This document shows, piece after piece, positions 27,792 through 38,659 of a stretch of 64,000 nucleotides of DNA. The stretch is from a virus (lineage: Duplodnaviria > Caudoviricetes). The notes below the pieces were generated by a model that did not search any database, had not been told where the DNA came from, and worked only from the letters and a program-made list of their open reading frames with translations. The translations under genes were made by a program, and so were the position numbers. The DNA is taken from positions 1 to 64,000 of IMG/VR virus record IMGVR_UViG_3300013947_000021; one strand, 5' to 3'. Every line of letters starts with the position of its first letter. Position 1 is the first letter of the stretch.

Positions 27792-29000
27792 TTACGACAT
27801 CATAGATTTCATGCATCTTTCTATAATAAAGATAGTTATAGCAATTGCATAAAAACAGTCTTTTCCATTACACCAATCAGTATTTTTTAATACTTTAATA
27901 TAGTCTTCATTAATATAAGTATAATTTCCATTCATATAGGCGACCCAGAGATTATAGAATTCATTTTCAGAATCTTTTTCATACATTTCATTATTCTGAA
28001 TATGATCAAATAAATCTCTATCAAAAATAGGAATCAAAGATTGCATTGAAGTAGATGGAGCATAATTTATCTTATAATATCTAGAAAGACGTACTGCAAA
28101 TAATGAATTAGGATCATCAATTAATTCACTAGTAGCAGTATTCTTTACTTTAGACAAATTATTATCCCCATTTTCAAGTGCATAGAAGAATGTTTTCATA
28201 TAATCCATAGAAAATGTTTTATGTACAGTAGTAGCATGAGAAACATAAATATACTCATCGGAATTAGTAAGTACATTATTTCTCATAAGAAACTCTATAA
28301 GATATGGATCATAAAATGTATATCCAGAATATGAATAAACAAATGTCTGGAGCTTCTCATTAAAGAATATATCTCTGAAATAGGTAATAAGAGTAGAACA
28401 TAAATTATCTATAATAACAGCAAGATCGTATTCATTACTCTTCATTAGAGTTTTATAATCTGTACCAAAATTGTCAATTAAAAATGTATATTCTTTAACA
28501 ACCTGAGAATTTATATTCTCCTTAGCATTAGTCTTATCAAGTGCATATTCAAGTTTATAAATATTAGCCCCGGTATCTAATGTATCGGGAGATACTGCAG
28601 TTACTTTAAAAAGAATATCTTCTTTTACATAAGGAATATAAAAGAAATCTCCAGGTCTTGGATTTATAGTATTAGGAAGAACTATAGCTTCTCCACTTAT
28701 AGCATTAGCCTCAAGACCATAATCTCCTATATCATAATCTGTACTAATTCTTTCTATTCCATATAATATAAACTTATTTATCTTATTAAATTTAAAAGGA
28801 GAATCATTACCTAAATGAGCACCATATAATCCAGATGCTTCATCAAGAGTAGATTTTTCAATATTCTGATTATAATAAACTACTTCAGTAGGTTTCTTAT
28901 CTGGGAATTTATAATAAGGATTATTTAATTTATCATTAGTAGCAGATACAAGATTATTTAACGTATCTGTATACTTGGTATTAATAAATTTACCAGCCAT
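27792..29000 (-). CDS. Probable virion structural protein
   Basis: 402 aa; GGAGG RBS; AACT-N6-TA at 29032-29043. Confidence 0.65.
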   Translation of the reverse strand: MAGKFINTKYTDTLNNLVSATNDKLNNPYYKFPDKKPTEVVYYNQNIEKSTLDEASGLYGAHLGNDSPFKFNKINKFILYGIERISTDYDIGDYGLEANAISGEAIVLPNTINPRPGDFFYIPYVKEDILFKVTAVSPDTLDTGANIYKLEYALDKTNAKENINSQVVKEYTFLIDNFGTDYKTLMKSNEYDLAVIIDNLCSTLITYFRDIFFNEKLQTFVYSYSGYTFYDPYLIEFLMRNNVLTNSDEYIYVSHATTVHKTFSMDYMKTFFYALENGDNNLSKVKNTATSELIDDPNSLFAVRLSRYYKINYAPSTSMQSLIPIFDRDLFDHIQNNEMYEKDSENEFYNLWVAYMNGNYTYINEDYIKVLKNTDWCNGKDCFYAIAITIFIIERCMKSMMS

Positions 29001-29101
29001 CTCTTATACCTCCATAATTCAATTAAATATTTATTATTAAGTTGACTAGGTCAAAGATATAAAAAATAAACAGGTGGAGAAGAGCTCCACCTGTTTTATA
29101 T

Positions 29102-29599
29102 TTATTCTTTTTCAAATATCACTCTATGACCAACTGTTAATTTCTTTACATTGATATATCCATCTTCAGTATCAAATCTAAATGGGAAAAATATTTCTTT
29201 ATCACTAAAGAATACACCTGCAAAGTCTATTACTACAAATGGTTCTAAAGTCATATCTTCACTGCATATATCACTTCTTAAAAAGTATGCATAAGGAGTA
29301 TATACCTTCTTAAGAGCATCACGATTATCTTCAAAGAATCCATTATATTCTTCTCCATGTTCATCAATCAAAACAGCTCTATTTACTACCTTTTCAATAA
29401 GCTTTTTTACTTCTGATTCATCCATTGTACTTATTATATTTTCTATAGCTCCATATGTGTCTTCATAAGTACAATTATTATACATATCTTCATCATTAAG
29501 AAGTGATTTATTATAAAGATCTTTATAATATTCCTTATCGTGCGTAATAATTGTTTTACTATTTACAACAGATGCTTCATTGTTTTTAATGTTTTCCAT
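29102..29599 (-). CDS. Hypothetical protein
   Basis: 165 aa; AGGAGA RBS; terminator ~29067-29096. Confidence 0.75.
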   Translation of the reverse strand: MENIKNNEASVVNSKTIITHDKEYYKDLYNKSLLNDEDMYNNCTYEDTYGAIENIISTMDESEVKKLIEKVVNRAVLIDEHGEEYNGFFEDNRDALKKVYTPYAYFLRSDICSEDMTLEPFVVIDFAGVFFSDKEIFFPFRFDTEDGYINVKKLTVGHRVIFEKE

Positions 29600-29620
29600 A
29601 ATATTTCTCCTAAATATTTT

Positions 29621-30664
29621 TTATATTTCACTCCAAGAATCAATTATAAGATCTTTAGAAACTCCAAAATCTTTTTGATCTTGAAAAGTGTTTCGATGAA
29701 TAAAAGTTTTTATATCAAAAATCCTTACTTTATTAGCAATAGATTTTATGATATAATTATTTATATCTGCATCGGGATATATATGAAGATTACAATTAGA
29801 AAATCCATATTGAATAATAAGATACTTTATTACTTCTTCATATGATTTTCCGCATATTGCAGCATAAATAGAATTTGGGTTTTGATTAGGAAGATTTAGA
29901 TTTATTGATAATATATCAAATACTCCTTCTGCTATATGAATATCTACAGGTCTATTCATATCTAATTGTCCTGGTATTAGATAATACTTTTTAGCATCAT
30001 CAGAAGAATTAAATATATTATAATTTATAAATCTATAATCTACATATTGCGGTAGCTTTCCTTCAGGAACCATTCTTCGTAGAATTACATATCTATTATC
30101 TGCAGATAAAAATCCTAAAAAATATTTATCTAATAATTCTATTACAGATGGATCCCGAGTATAATTAGTAATCTTATTTAAATCTAAAAAATCTTTTAGA
30201 TTTAGAATAATCTTAAATTTTTGAATATCATAAATAGATAGATCTACTTTTAATCTATTTATGATATACTCAAATTTTTTAATAGCAAAGTCATTATTTG
30301 ATATTGGAATTAATAATTTTCTTGCTTTATAAGATGCAAATGAAGTAGCAGATTTCTTAAATCTATTGTCTGTATTCTTACTTAATTGATCTGTACACAC
30401 ATCAATTAAATTTTGATCATAACAGCCCATAGATTTTAAGAACTTATTATCTACTACTCCTTTTGCACCGCATTTAAAACAGTTATAAACTATAACTCCA
30501 TTTTTTAAACCCATATACATATGGGCATCTGATGGATCTTTTGAATCTCCACATATATGGCATCTTTTAATAATTTCTTTGCCTCCACTAGCTATTTTAG
30601 CATTGAAATTATTTCTCATATATTGCTTAAATAATTCAAAATTCTCACTAGACTCCATATACAC
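29621..30664 (-). CDS. DNA primase (Zn finger plus TOPRIM)
   Basis: CHICGDS...CFKC; IAEGVFD; YPDAD; early motif 30677-30690. Confidence 0.85.
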   Translation of the reverse strand: MYMESSENFELFKQYMRNNFNAKIASGGKEIIKRCHICGDSKDPSDAHMYMGLKNGVIVYNCFKCGAKGVVDNKFLKSMGCYDQNLIDVCTDQLSKNTDNRFKKSATSFASYKARKLLIPISNNDFAIKKFEYIINRLKVDLSIYDIQKFKIILNLKDFLDLNKITNYTRDPSVIELLDKYFLGFLSADNRYVILRRMVPEGKLPQYVDYRFINYNIFNSSDDAKKYYLIPGQLDMNRPVDIHIAEGVFDILSINLNLPNQNPNSIYAAICGKSYEEVIKYLIIQYGFSNCNLHIYPDADINNYIIKSIANKVRIFDIKTFIHRNTFQDQKDFGVSKDLIIDSWSEI

Positions 30665-30696
30665 TCAGCCTCCTTTCAAAAATATAATATCTATTT

Positions 30697-30969
30697 CTAA
30701 AAGGATTTTGGCTGAAAATATAATTCGAATCCTAATGCATCAAGATATCTGATTAAACTTTTCATTGTAGGATTACCATTATCTACATTTTCTATATCAG
30801 AAATGCATTTAATAGATAATCCCGATTTATCAGATATATCTTTTTGACTAAGATGCTTAGCCTTTCTTAAATCAGCTAATTGCATTTTGGTTAATCTTGA
30901 CGAGATTATATTATCAAGATTAAAATCTTCATTATTCTTCATTCGTATCATCCTCTTTTTCAACTTCAT
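30697..30969 (-). CDS. XRE-family HTH regulator
   Basis: LRKAKHLSQKDISDKSGLSIKCISDIEN...NPT. Confidence 0.88.
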   Translation of the reverse strand: MKLKKRMIRMKNNEDFNLDNIISSRLTKMQLADLRKAKHLSQKDISDKSGLSIKCISDIENVDNGNPTMKSLIRYLDALGFELYFQPKSF

Positions 30970-31393
30970 GTTTATAATAGTATAATTCTAGCTCGCATCT
31001 TATTTTTCCTAAAATAGATTTCATATATTTCATGCATCTATCATCATTAAATTTAAATGCACATTTTTCAGGAATATCTTTCTTTAACGCTTCCATATTT
31101 TTTATAGCTTCATCTAAAGCAGTATATTCTTCCCATTTAAATAATGGCATAGCTAATGGGTATCTGATAACTTCTTTATCCGGCGGATAAAGAAATCTTT
31201 CTTCAATACTATATATAGAAGAAGTACCACTATAATCAACTCCAGCTATTCTTACTTTATATATAGATCTTCTAAATGGTCTCCATTTTTCTCGTGCAAC
31301 TATTACAGCATGAACACCAAAGTCAGAAAACCTATTAAAATTATTATAAGGATCAACGCAACATATCGATCCAGGCATCAACCAAGTTTTCAT
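30932..31393 (-). CDS. Hypothetical protein
   Basis: 153 aa; AGGAGG RBS. Confidence 0.75.
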   Translation of the reverse strand: MKTWLMPGSICCVDPYNNFNRFSDFGVHAVIVAREKWRPFRRSIYKVRIAGVDYSGTSSIYSIEERFLYPPDKEVIRYPLAMPLFKWEEYTALDEAIKNMEALKKDIPEKCAFKFNDDRCMKYMKSILGKIRCELELYYYKHEVEKEDDTNEE

Positions 31394-31404
31394 TTTATTC
31401 CTCC

Positions 31405-31881
31405 TTATTTATTATATTTATCTACTAAATTTTGAGCTATTATGAATTGTACAGTTACAATTATATATACCGTAGCCATTAATACAAATCTTCCAAATAC
31501 ATACTTTTCTGATCCTATACTGCAGACTGGAAGTTCTACACATATTATATCTACAAATACTATAATTGAATTAGCTACAACTATAGATAACTTATCTATA
31601 GCAAAATCTTTACTAGTTAAAGATTCTACTTTATTATTACAAAATTTATCATAAGAAATATCTTGTAATATACCTATTTCATAATTTGATAAAACCATGA
31701 GATACAATTCAAATATGTAGATTATAAATGATATATAATGCCATTTTAAAAATAGATTTTGATCCATTCTATTTAATATTAATAATGCTATTATCATACA
31801 CATGAATATAGGCATCATAATATAAAAACCATATTTCTCTAATTTAATTGTTTCTTGAAGTTTTTCTTTATTAGTTTTCAT
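31405..31881 (-). CDS. Membrane protein (~4 TM)
   Basis: Four hydrophobic segments. Confidence 0.7.
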   Translation of the reverse strand: MKTNKEKLQETIKLEKYGFYIMMPIFMCMIIALLILNRMDQNLFLKWHYISFIIYIFELYLMVLSNYEIGILQDISYDKFCNNKVESLTSKDFAIDKLSIVVANSIIVFVDIICVELPVCSIGSEKYVFGRFVLMATVYIIVTVQFIIAQNLVDKYNK

Positions 31882-31902
31882 TGTTTTAATCCTTAATCCC
31901 TT

Positions 31903-32421
31903 TCAGTAATTCAATAATAATATACCAGGATCTGCATTTTTTATATCCCATTCATCCCATATAGCTGTACAATATAAATCTGCAAATTCCAATAAAAAGT
32001 ATATTAATCCCATAGGTATTAATCTAATTATACAACCCCCAGCAATGCATTTTATACCAGCTCTTAGATATAAAATAAAATTGATAAAGTTATATAATCT
32101 TATTAAATTAATTAATACATATTTTCGTTTATTATTTATAGAATCGAATTCTGTTAATATTTCATCGTCATCCTTTTCCATAACTTTATATTTATATCCA
32201 TCCATAGCAAATAAATCATTACTAAATATGCATATAGGCATAAAGTTCATAAAATTAATTACTATAAATTTTGTATAAATTATTATAATTATTGATATTA
32301 GCATTGTATATGCACTATTATCATTCCATTGGTATAAAGATTGACCAAAGAAATATAATGATAATAATGCAATAATCCAATGCCCTATTCTAGAAAATAT
32401 ATACATTAAGTCACCTCTCAA
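31903..32421 (-). CDS. Membrane protein (~4 TM)
   Basis: Hydrophobic segments; GAGGTG RBS before MYIFS. Confidence 0.7.
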   Translation of the reverse strand: MRGDLMYIFSRIGHWIIALLSLYFFGQSLYQWNDNSAYTMLISIIIIIYTKFIVINFMNFMPICIFSNDLFAMDGYKYKVMEKDDDEILTEFDSINNKRKYVLINLIRLYNFINFILYLRAGIKCIAGGCIIRLIPMGLIYFLLEFADLYCTAIWDEWDIKNADPGILLLNY

Positions 32422-32466
32422 AATATATGGTAGGTAGAAACAAATCTACCTACCAAAATTAAGAAG

Positions 32467-35038
32467 TTATATTAAATTAATATAGAGAAGAACCTCCTCA
32501 CATACTAATTCAGGAATAACTTCAATTGTTTGTCCATCAAGTTCACCTGTCGGATCTATAATCTGAAATTCAGAAGTAAGTATGCAAGCAATAATACTAA
32601 GTATATATGTCTCAATTTTACTACTCTTATATTTATTTCTGATTTCTTCCCATAATGGTGAACTTTCTATTTTTGTTAATTCTTTTTTATTTACATTCTT
32701 ACGACTTGCAAGTCTAACAACTTTGGCACTTATGATATAAGGCAACATCACCATACCAGTAGATTCCAAAATTCTCTTAGCTGCAATAATAAGTGTAACA
32801 TAATCATCCAGATTGATAGAGTTAAGAGTATTACTATCTCCAAAATACTTAAGAAATAGATTAAATACCATATCTCTCTGGAAAGAATTTATTGTACATT
32901 TTGCTCCATCTGATAATCTATGCTTATAGAATTGAATTTCTTCCTGAGAAAAAGGACCAAATTTAATTCTAATTTGATTCATAGCATCATCACATGCACA
33001 TTGATTTTGAACAAGTAAGCTCTCATCTGTACGGGATAAGAAGCTTTCATACTTATCAAACTCACTCGGGTGTTCACGTAGGTCGCTAATCTACGCAGTT
33101 CTCTTATGAACTTCTCTAGCTGTTAACTAGAAGGCCAGACTATATCTTCATCTTCAGCTCTACCTGCTTAGATGCATCCAATTTCGAACTTGCTTAAGCT
33201 CTAACGCTACTCGGTTACTCATAGAAGTTTTTCATTCTACTACCCTTTGGCTAGTCGTTGAACCTTTATAAATTATTTCTTTTTATTTTATATCTTCCAA
33301 CTGTTTTATATGTTTTTGCAAAATTATAGTTTTGAGATATATGCTTCCATGATTCTCCTCTACGAATTGCTGATATAAGAGAAGAAGCATCCGGAGAATT
33401 TATATTACATTCTTTTGCTATATCTGAATATGATTTTGTACCTTTATCTAAATACTCACATATTTTAATAGCTTGAGATTCTGTAATTACTGATTTTGGA
33501 GAATCTTTCCCAACACAAGCTAAACCAGTTTTTACAGCATGTCTATTATTATCTGCACTGCTAATCCATTCTAAATTAGTAAACATAGGATTGTGTTTAT
33601 TGCCATCTATATGATTTACTACTAATGTATGGTCACCTGAAACAAATAATAATGCAATTATTCTGTGTAATAAATATGATTTTGGTTTACCATTTGTATT
33701 CAATGATACAGATAAATATCCATCATCTCTATTACTCAAAGTAATATATCTATTTAATTTAGTATCAAATATTTTTCCAAAATTAGATGCATAATATCTA
33801 TTGGGATATATACCTGGTACTTCATTCTCCGTTATTTCCTTAAATACTTCTATAAATTCTATAGGTGAATACATAAATAATCACTCTTTTAAAATTAATA
33901 GAAGATATTAAAATAAAAAGAATATATTTATACTTGGCTGCTGATTAGACATTCTTATCTACTTAGAGTTTCCTCATATAGAATCTCATAACTTGTTTCT
34001 GACTTTCGTCTCCATATATAATATGGCATATGAGCTTTAGCCTTTCCCAGCAATTAAGGACGTTGCAACACAGTATTTCTACTATGCGGAACTAGTAAGT
34101 TAATTCAAATCCTCATCTCTCTTAGAAGATGAGAGGTTGCTATAATCGTACTCATATTCAATATCAGTTATTTGATATTCTGTGTTTCTTAATATACTCT
34201 TAAAATTAAGATGCACCAGATTACCATCATAACGATACTTAGGCATAATATTTATAAGAATATTATGCTTAGATTGAATTGCATGAATAGTTGTATTGAT
34301 ACCTCGAATATCCTGCATATCCCAAATGACCTGATTTCTTTTTTCTGATCTTAGGATATTAGATATTGCTGTTTCGTACAATTTAGAATCTATATCTACA
34401 TCATATCTCTTATTGAAAGTATCAAGTAAGATATCATATAATGATAATATAAATTCTGTTGAATTCTCTACTCTTCTTACGTACATAAAATGACACATAA
34501 GAGGAATCATGATATTCATGGTTACTGATATTTCCATCATTATCATACCATGTTTATCATTATATTGAAGATTCGGATTATTCTGAATTCTATAATTTAA
34601 ATTCAATGAATAATTATCTCTATTCATGAAGAAAATCTTATAGAATATAGGTCCATTCATAATATAATGATACATATCATTGAAGAATGCATCTCTATTA
34701 TATTCAGGAGCTATATCTATTAAGTATTTTATTCTAGAATAGATTATGAGAAGTTCATGATTTCTATCATAAAACTTTTCAAAGTAGTTAAGGTAGTGCG
34801 TAGTATGTTCTCTTGTATTTGGGTTATTATAAGACCGCTTTTCAGTCATTACAAATGTATCAAGTTCTGAATTTGGATTAGTGAATCCAAAATAACTAGA
34901 TACATCAAATGATATAGAACCTCTAGCTGTCTTAAATATTTTGTCTTCTTCCGCTGGCTCCCAAGTATCTACTGGTTGAAACTCCTCCTTCTTCCAAAAT
35001 ACCATTGGGTCTACTAGTTGGTTTTTGTTTTCATCCAC
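32467..35038 (-). CDS. Sigma-like promoter-specificity subunit of non-virion RNAP (AR9 gp226-like); 2 exons (35038-34103, 33066-32467), 511 aa
   Basis: Splicing joins EDLN|SEFDKYE in frame; motifs KRSYNN, MNIMIPLMCHF, SKLY, VIW, IMPK, INSFQ, CEEVLLYINLI match gp226 as recalled; early motif 35068-35081. Confidence 0.75.
33067..34102 (-). mobile_element. Group I intron (1036 nt) carrying an HNH homing endonuclease
   Basis: P1 exon GAAU with GUUC; P10 AACUUACU with exon AGUGAGUU; AAUCAGCAG, GUUCAACGACUA, AAGAUAUAGUCU; terminal G. Confidence 0.92.
33266..33874 (-). CDS. Intron-encoded NUMOD4/HNH homing endonuclease
   Basis: VPG..RYYASNFG; LLHRIIA...VNHIDGNKHN...NLEW...N..HA; lies between the Q and R elements (P6 loop). 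Confidence 0.9.
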   Translation of the reverse strand: MYSPIEFIEVFKEITENEVPGIYPNRYYASNFGKIFDTKLNRYITLSNRDDGYLSVSLNTNGKPKSYLLHRIIALLFVSGDHTLVVNHIDGNKHNPMFTNLEWISSADNNRHAVKTGLACVGKDSPKSVITESQAIKICEYLDKGTKSYSDIAKECNINSPDASSLISAIRRGESWKHISQNYNFAKTYKTVGRYKIKRNNL

Positions 35039-35067
35039 GATAGTTTTCCTCCATAGAAATATTTATT

Positions 35068-35081
35068 CAAAAATATAATAT
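35068..35081 (-). promoter_or_regulatory. Early-type promoter motif ATAWTAT-N5-TG (representative copy)
   Basis: Also at 2169, 5733, 8016, 12542, 27005, 30677, 42968 (-) and 53324, 57173 (+), each upstream of an operon. Confidence 0.75.
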
Positions 35082-35098
35082 CTGCTTCTATTATATTT

Positions 35099-35878
35099 TT
35101 ACTTCTTAGTAGCTTTACGAGTAGTCTTTACCGAACTAGTAGATTTGACTGATTTAGTCGATTTTACTAATCCTATTTTATTACTAGACTTACTTGTATT
35201 CTTTTGAGGATTGTCTTTCTTTAGTGCTTCTTTTCTTTCTTTTATTTCTTTCTTATGTTTTTCTGCTGCTTCTTTTTTACCTAATTCCTCTCTGAGAGCA
35301 ATCTTTTCATCAGTATGCATAATCTCTTTAAGGAAGTCTTTCTTATTATATTTACTTCCATAAGTTTTATACATATATTTTGCAAAAAGATTCTTCATCT
35401 TCATAAATAGATAAGCAAAATACAATATTTTGCTATACCCAGGAATTTGGTAAGGATTGGTTTGCTTTGGGTCTTCTTTCAAAGCTAATTTTGAAGACTT
35501 AACTTTCAAGTCTTCAAAGAATAGATCATTTTTCAAAAATACCCGTAAATAAGTAAATACAAATGCTGGGTCATTAGAGAAGAATTTTACATTATAATTC
35601 TCTAATGTAGGCTGTGAATGTACTGCAGCATCATCAGTATAAAACATTATTACAGCATCGTAATAAAAATTCTTAACACCTTCAGATGGTATTTTAATAT
35701 GTATATAGAATTTGTCATTATCATCATAATACATCTTAAAATTAATCTTTCCAGCTTCTCTTAAAAATAACTTATCAAATTTATCAGTATAAAGAGCTTT
35801 ATACATATCTCTTTGAGAAAATACGGCATTTCGTTTTCCCAAAGGGTTCTCAATATATTGCTTAAATGTCATCTCCAT
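35099..35878 (-). CDS. Hypothetical protein with basic K/S/T tail
   Basis: 259 aa; AGGAGA RBS. Confidence 0.8.
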   Translation of the reverse strand: MEMTFKQYIENPLGKRNAVFSQRDMYKALYTDKFDKLFLREAGKINFKMYYDDNDKFYIHIKIPSEGVKNFYYDAVIMFYTDDAAVHSQPTLENYNVKFFSNDPAFVFTYLRVFLKNDLFFEDLKVKSSKLALKEDPKQTNPYQIPGYSKILYFAYLFMKMKNLFAKYMYKTYGSKYNKKDFLKEIMHTDEKIALREELGKKEAAEKHKKEIKERKEALKKDNPQKNTSKSSNKIGLVKSTKSVKSTSSVKTTRKATKK

Positions 35879-36035
35879 AAATAAATATCTCCTATAAAAT
35901 AGATAATATTTTATGTTGCTTTATTTGTACTTTAATAAATAAGTTTTAGTAAAAATAAATTGTTACATTATATTGTAAAAGTTTACAAAAAAAAAATAAT
36001 GAGAGTGGATAAATACCACTCTCATTAAATTCTTT

Positions 36036-36773
36036 TTACCATATTCTAAATATTGAACCTGAAGCTGTCATGATTACACTTTTAATGGAACTCTTTGGAA
36101 TAATATTAAGAGTATTAAATCCATAATATGTAAGTTCATCACCAACTTTCTTAGGCACTATACCAGAATTATCTTGCATATAGCAAACCTCTCCAGATAC
36201 ACATGCATAGATATCTTTTTCTCCATTATATATAGAATCCCCAGATACTGCAGAATCTGCATCTACTCTAAATTCCATATCAGTAAGATTTATAGGCTTT
36301 TCTCTAGCATCTTCAGGTAAAGCAAATGTATTTTTATATATTGAAGAAAGACAAAAATTTCCAGGCTTATAAGATTTATTTGCTCCATAAAGTACATCAT
36401 AATCAAAGAGAAAATGATGCATATAGTTTAATTCTCCTCTAAGAACAAATGCTTCACCATATACTTCTGTTTTATTTGAAGAAATGAGTATTCTTCTTAC
36501 TAATGCTTTTTTGCATAACTCATCTTTAACTTCTTTAATTGTTTTTCCTTTTAATGCATCCAAATCAGATTGTTTAAGTATATCAAATTTACTAATAATT
36601 TTATTAATAATCTTAATATCAATAAACCCAGTACCTATTTTAGTAATATTGATAGCATTCAAAAGATTATCAAATGACTCAAAAGGAGTCTGAATTAAAT
36701 TTGACACGAATAATGCATTTCTATCCGGTATCATAATATTGTCATAATAAAGTATATTGCTATTTTGATTCAT
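36036..36773 (-). CDS. Hypothetical protein
   Basis: 245 aa; AGGAGA RBS; terminator ~35998-36026. Confidence 0.75.
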   Translation of the reverse strand: MNQNSNILYYDNIMIPDRNALFVSNLIQTPFESFDNLLNAINITKIGTGFIDIKIINKIISKFDILKQSDLDALKGKTIKEVKDELCKKALVRRILISSNKTEVYGEAFVLRGELNYMHHFLFDYDVLYGANKSYKPGNFCLSSIYKNTFALPEDAREKPINLTDMEFRVDADSAVSGDSIYNGEKDIYACVSGEVCYMQDNSGIVPKKVGDELTYYGFNTLNIIPKSSIKSVIMTASGSIFRIW

Positions 36774-36793
36774 AATTTATTCTCCTTTAAATC

Positions 36794-37168
36794 TTACCTT
36801 GACATATTAAGAGTATCAATATAAGTTTTTAGTATATTTATTTGAGTATTTATGATATTTGTATATAATATAATATCATTATAGTCTATCCCTATATATG
36901 GATTAGTAAGATTAATAAGTAAAATAGAATAGTCCTTTATTATATATCTATACATCGTAGCAGCATTATTAGTTCTATATCCTAATTTAAGAAAATCGCT
37001 ACTAAGTAATATTTCTTCAGTTGCACCGTTTAAAAAATTTATTAATGAAAAATATTTATTTCTATAGATGGATACATCATTATTCATATCATCAGATAGC
37101 TTTTTGCATTTCTCTATAATAAATTCAATATCTTTCTTAATATTATCCGGCTCAATATACTTATCCAT
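36794..37168 (-). CDS. Hypothetical helical protein
   Basis: 124 aa; AGGAG RBS. Confidence 0.7.
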   Translation of the reverse strand: MDKYIEPDNIKKDIEFIIEKCKKLSDDMNNDVSIYRNKYFSLINFLNGATEEILLSSDFLKLGYRTNNAATMYRYIIKDYSILLINLTNPYIGIDYNDIILYTNIINTQINILKTYIDTLNMSR

Positions 37169-37194
37169 AATAATTACTCCTTTTATATTATTTA

Positions 37195-37587
37195 TTAATA
37201 TTTTGAATTTTGATTTCGCAAAGAATTAACCAAATTTAATTTTAAATCTATTATTTTAATAAACATCATTCTATCTTCATTATTTATAGGCATAAGCGGA
37301 TCCATAAATAATTTTGAAATATAATTATATGCCTTAGCAATTCTAAATTGTTGAAATTTTAATAATCCGTAATCATCTTCTTCTACAAGATTATCAACTA
37401 TATTATTCAATGTATCTAATAATTCTACTGGAAATACTCTTATATAATCCAATATATTATCTTTATTTGGCATTGATTTCTTAAGATCTAAATCATTTTT
37501 AGTTTTATAAAATTTATCCACTTCATCTTTAATATAGCAATCTATAGTACTATAATAAACTGATGAAGGTTTATAGTTTTTTATCAT
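37195..37587 (-). CDS. Hypothetical helical protein
   Basis: 130 aa; AGGAGA RBS. Confidence 0.7.
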   Translation of the reverse strand: MIKNYKPSSVYYSTIDCYIKDEVDKFYKTKNDLDLKKSMPNKDNILDYIRVFPVELLDTLNNIVDNLVEEDDYGLLKFQQFRIAKAYNYISKLFMDPLMPINNEDRMMFIKIIDLKLNLVNSLRNQNSKY

Positions 37588-37603
37588 AATTAATCTCCTT
37601 TTA

Positions 37604-37903
37604 TTAATTATTTATAAACTCTTTATCTTTTATAAGACAATAGTAAAGACTATTATCTATAGTAGATAAATGAGTTAATAAATTACCATTTATAGTAATT
37701 CTATATGTTTTTGAATCATCTGGTGCTTCATTTCGTATTAGTTGTCTTATTTCTTCTGAAGTATATCTATGACCTTTATAGTGCTTATATACATCCATAG
37801 TATTTATATCATATTGAATACATTTACCAGTAATAATATTATCATCAATATTTTCACTAGTATGAAAGAAATCTATGCTTGGACTATAAATAGGTCTACC
37901 CAT
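37604..37903 (-). CDS. Hypothetical protein
   Basis: 99 aa; RBS AGGAGAAATAATC-ATG. Confidence 0.7.
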   Translation of the reverse strand: MGRPIYSPSIDFFHTSENIDDNIITGKCIQYDINTMDVYKHYKGHRYTSEEIRQLIRNEAPDDSKTYRITINGNLLTHLSTIDNSLYYCLIKDKEFINN

Positions 37904-38020
37904 GATTATTTCTCCTATGTAATTATTTTTATCAATTTGTTTTAGAATAAATAAAAAATAATACTGAGGTGATTAACCTCAGTATTATTAATTTAGTCTT
38001 TTGAATTCATTTTCTTTAAA

Positions 38021-38659
38021 TTATTTGGTATCAACAATGCTAAACATTGTCTGTATATTAGATAATTTATAATCATTTAATGTAGTCATATATTTATAGA
38101 TTTCATTAAATGATATATTACCTTTTACAAGGGTTAAAATTGTTGGATCATTATATGATGAAGTATTAGTACAACTAATATCAAGATTCCTATCTTTATT
38201 TGATGGAATAAATAAATCTATATTAGGAGTATTGCTTTCAGGATTAGTCATATATATTACTATATTTATTTTGACTTTTTTATCATCATATAAAAAGGCC
38301 ATAGCAACAAAATTATATATTTTATCATTACGATCTTTAGGTTCTATTATAAATCCACAGCTATTTACATAGTAATTGTCAAATCGTTCATGTAATTCAA
38401 CTTTAGAAGTTGTATTATATCTATTAGCTACATCCTTAATATAATTATTAATATATTCATAAAGTTCAGATATTTCTTTAAAAGTATTATATGAATCTTT
38501 TATATTGTTGAAAATAGCAGTATCTGTAGGTATAAATTGATGCATAAGATTTAAGAATCCTATTACATCAGATTTTATTATTCCATCATTAGAATTTCTT
38601 GTAAATAAACAATTAATAGTATTTTTTAACATTGTATTTTTCTCCCTTTGAATATGCAT
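38021..38659 (-). CDS. Hypothetical protein
   Basis: ORF in AT-rich array; likely start MLKNT. Confidence 0.7.
   Translation of the reverse strand: MHIQREKNTMLKNTINCLFTRNSNDGIIKSDVIGFLNLMHQFIPTDTAIFNNIKDSYNTFKEISELYEYINNYIKDVANRYNTTSKVELHERFDNYYVNSCGFIIEPKDRNDKIYNFVAMAFLYDDKKVKINIVIYMTNPESNTPNIDLFIPSNKDRNLDISCTNTSSYNDPTILTLVKGNISFNEIYKYMTTLNDYKLSNIQTMFSIVDTK

Noticed and set aside
35900-35985. Repeated AACW words upstream of the 35878 gene as a promoter array or origin
   Set aside because: None has TA at the required spacing, and composition alone can explain them
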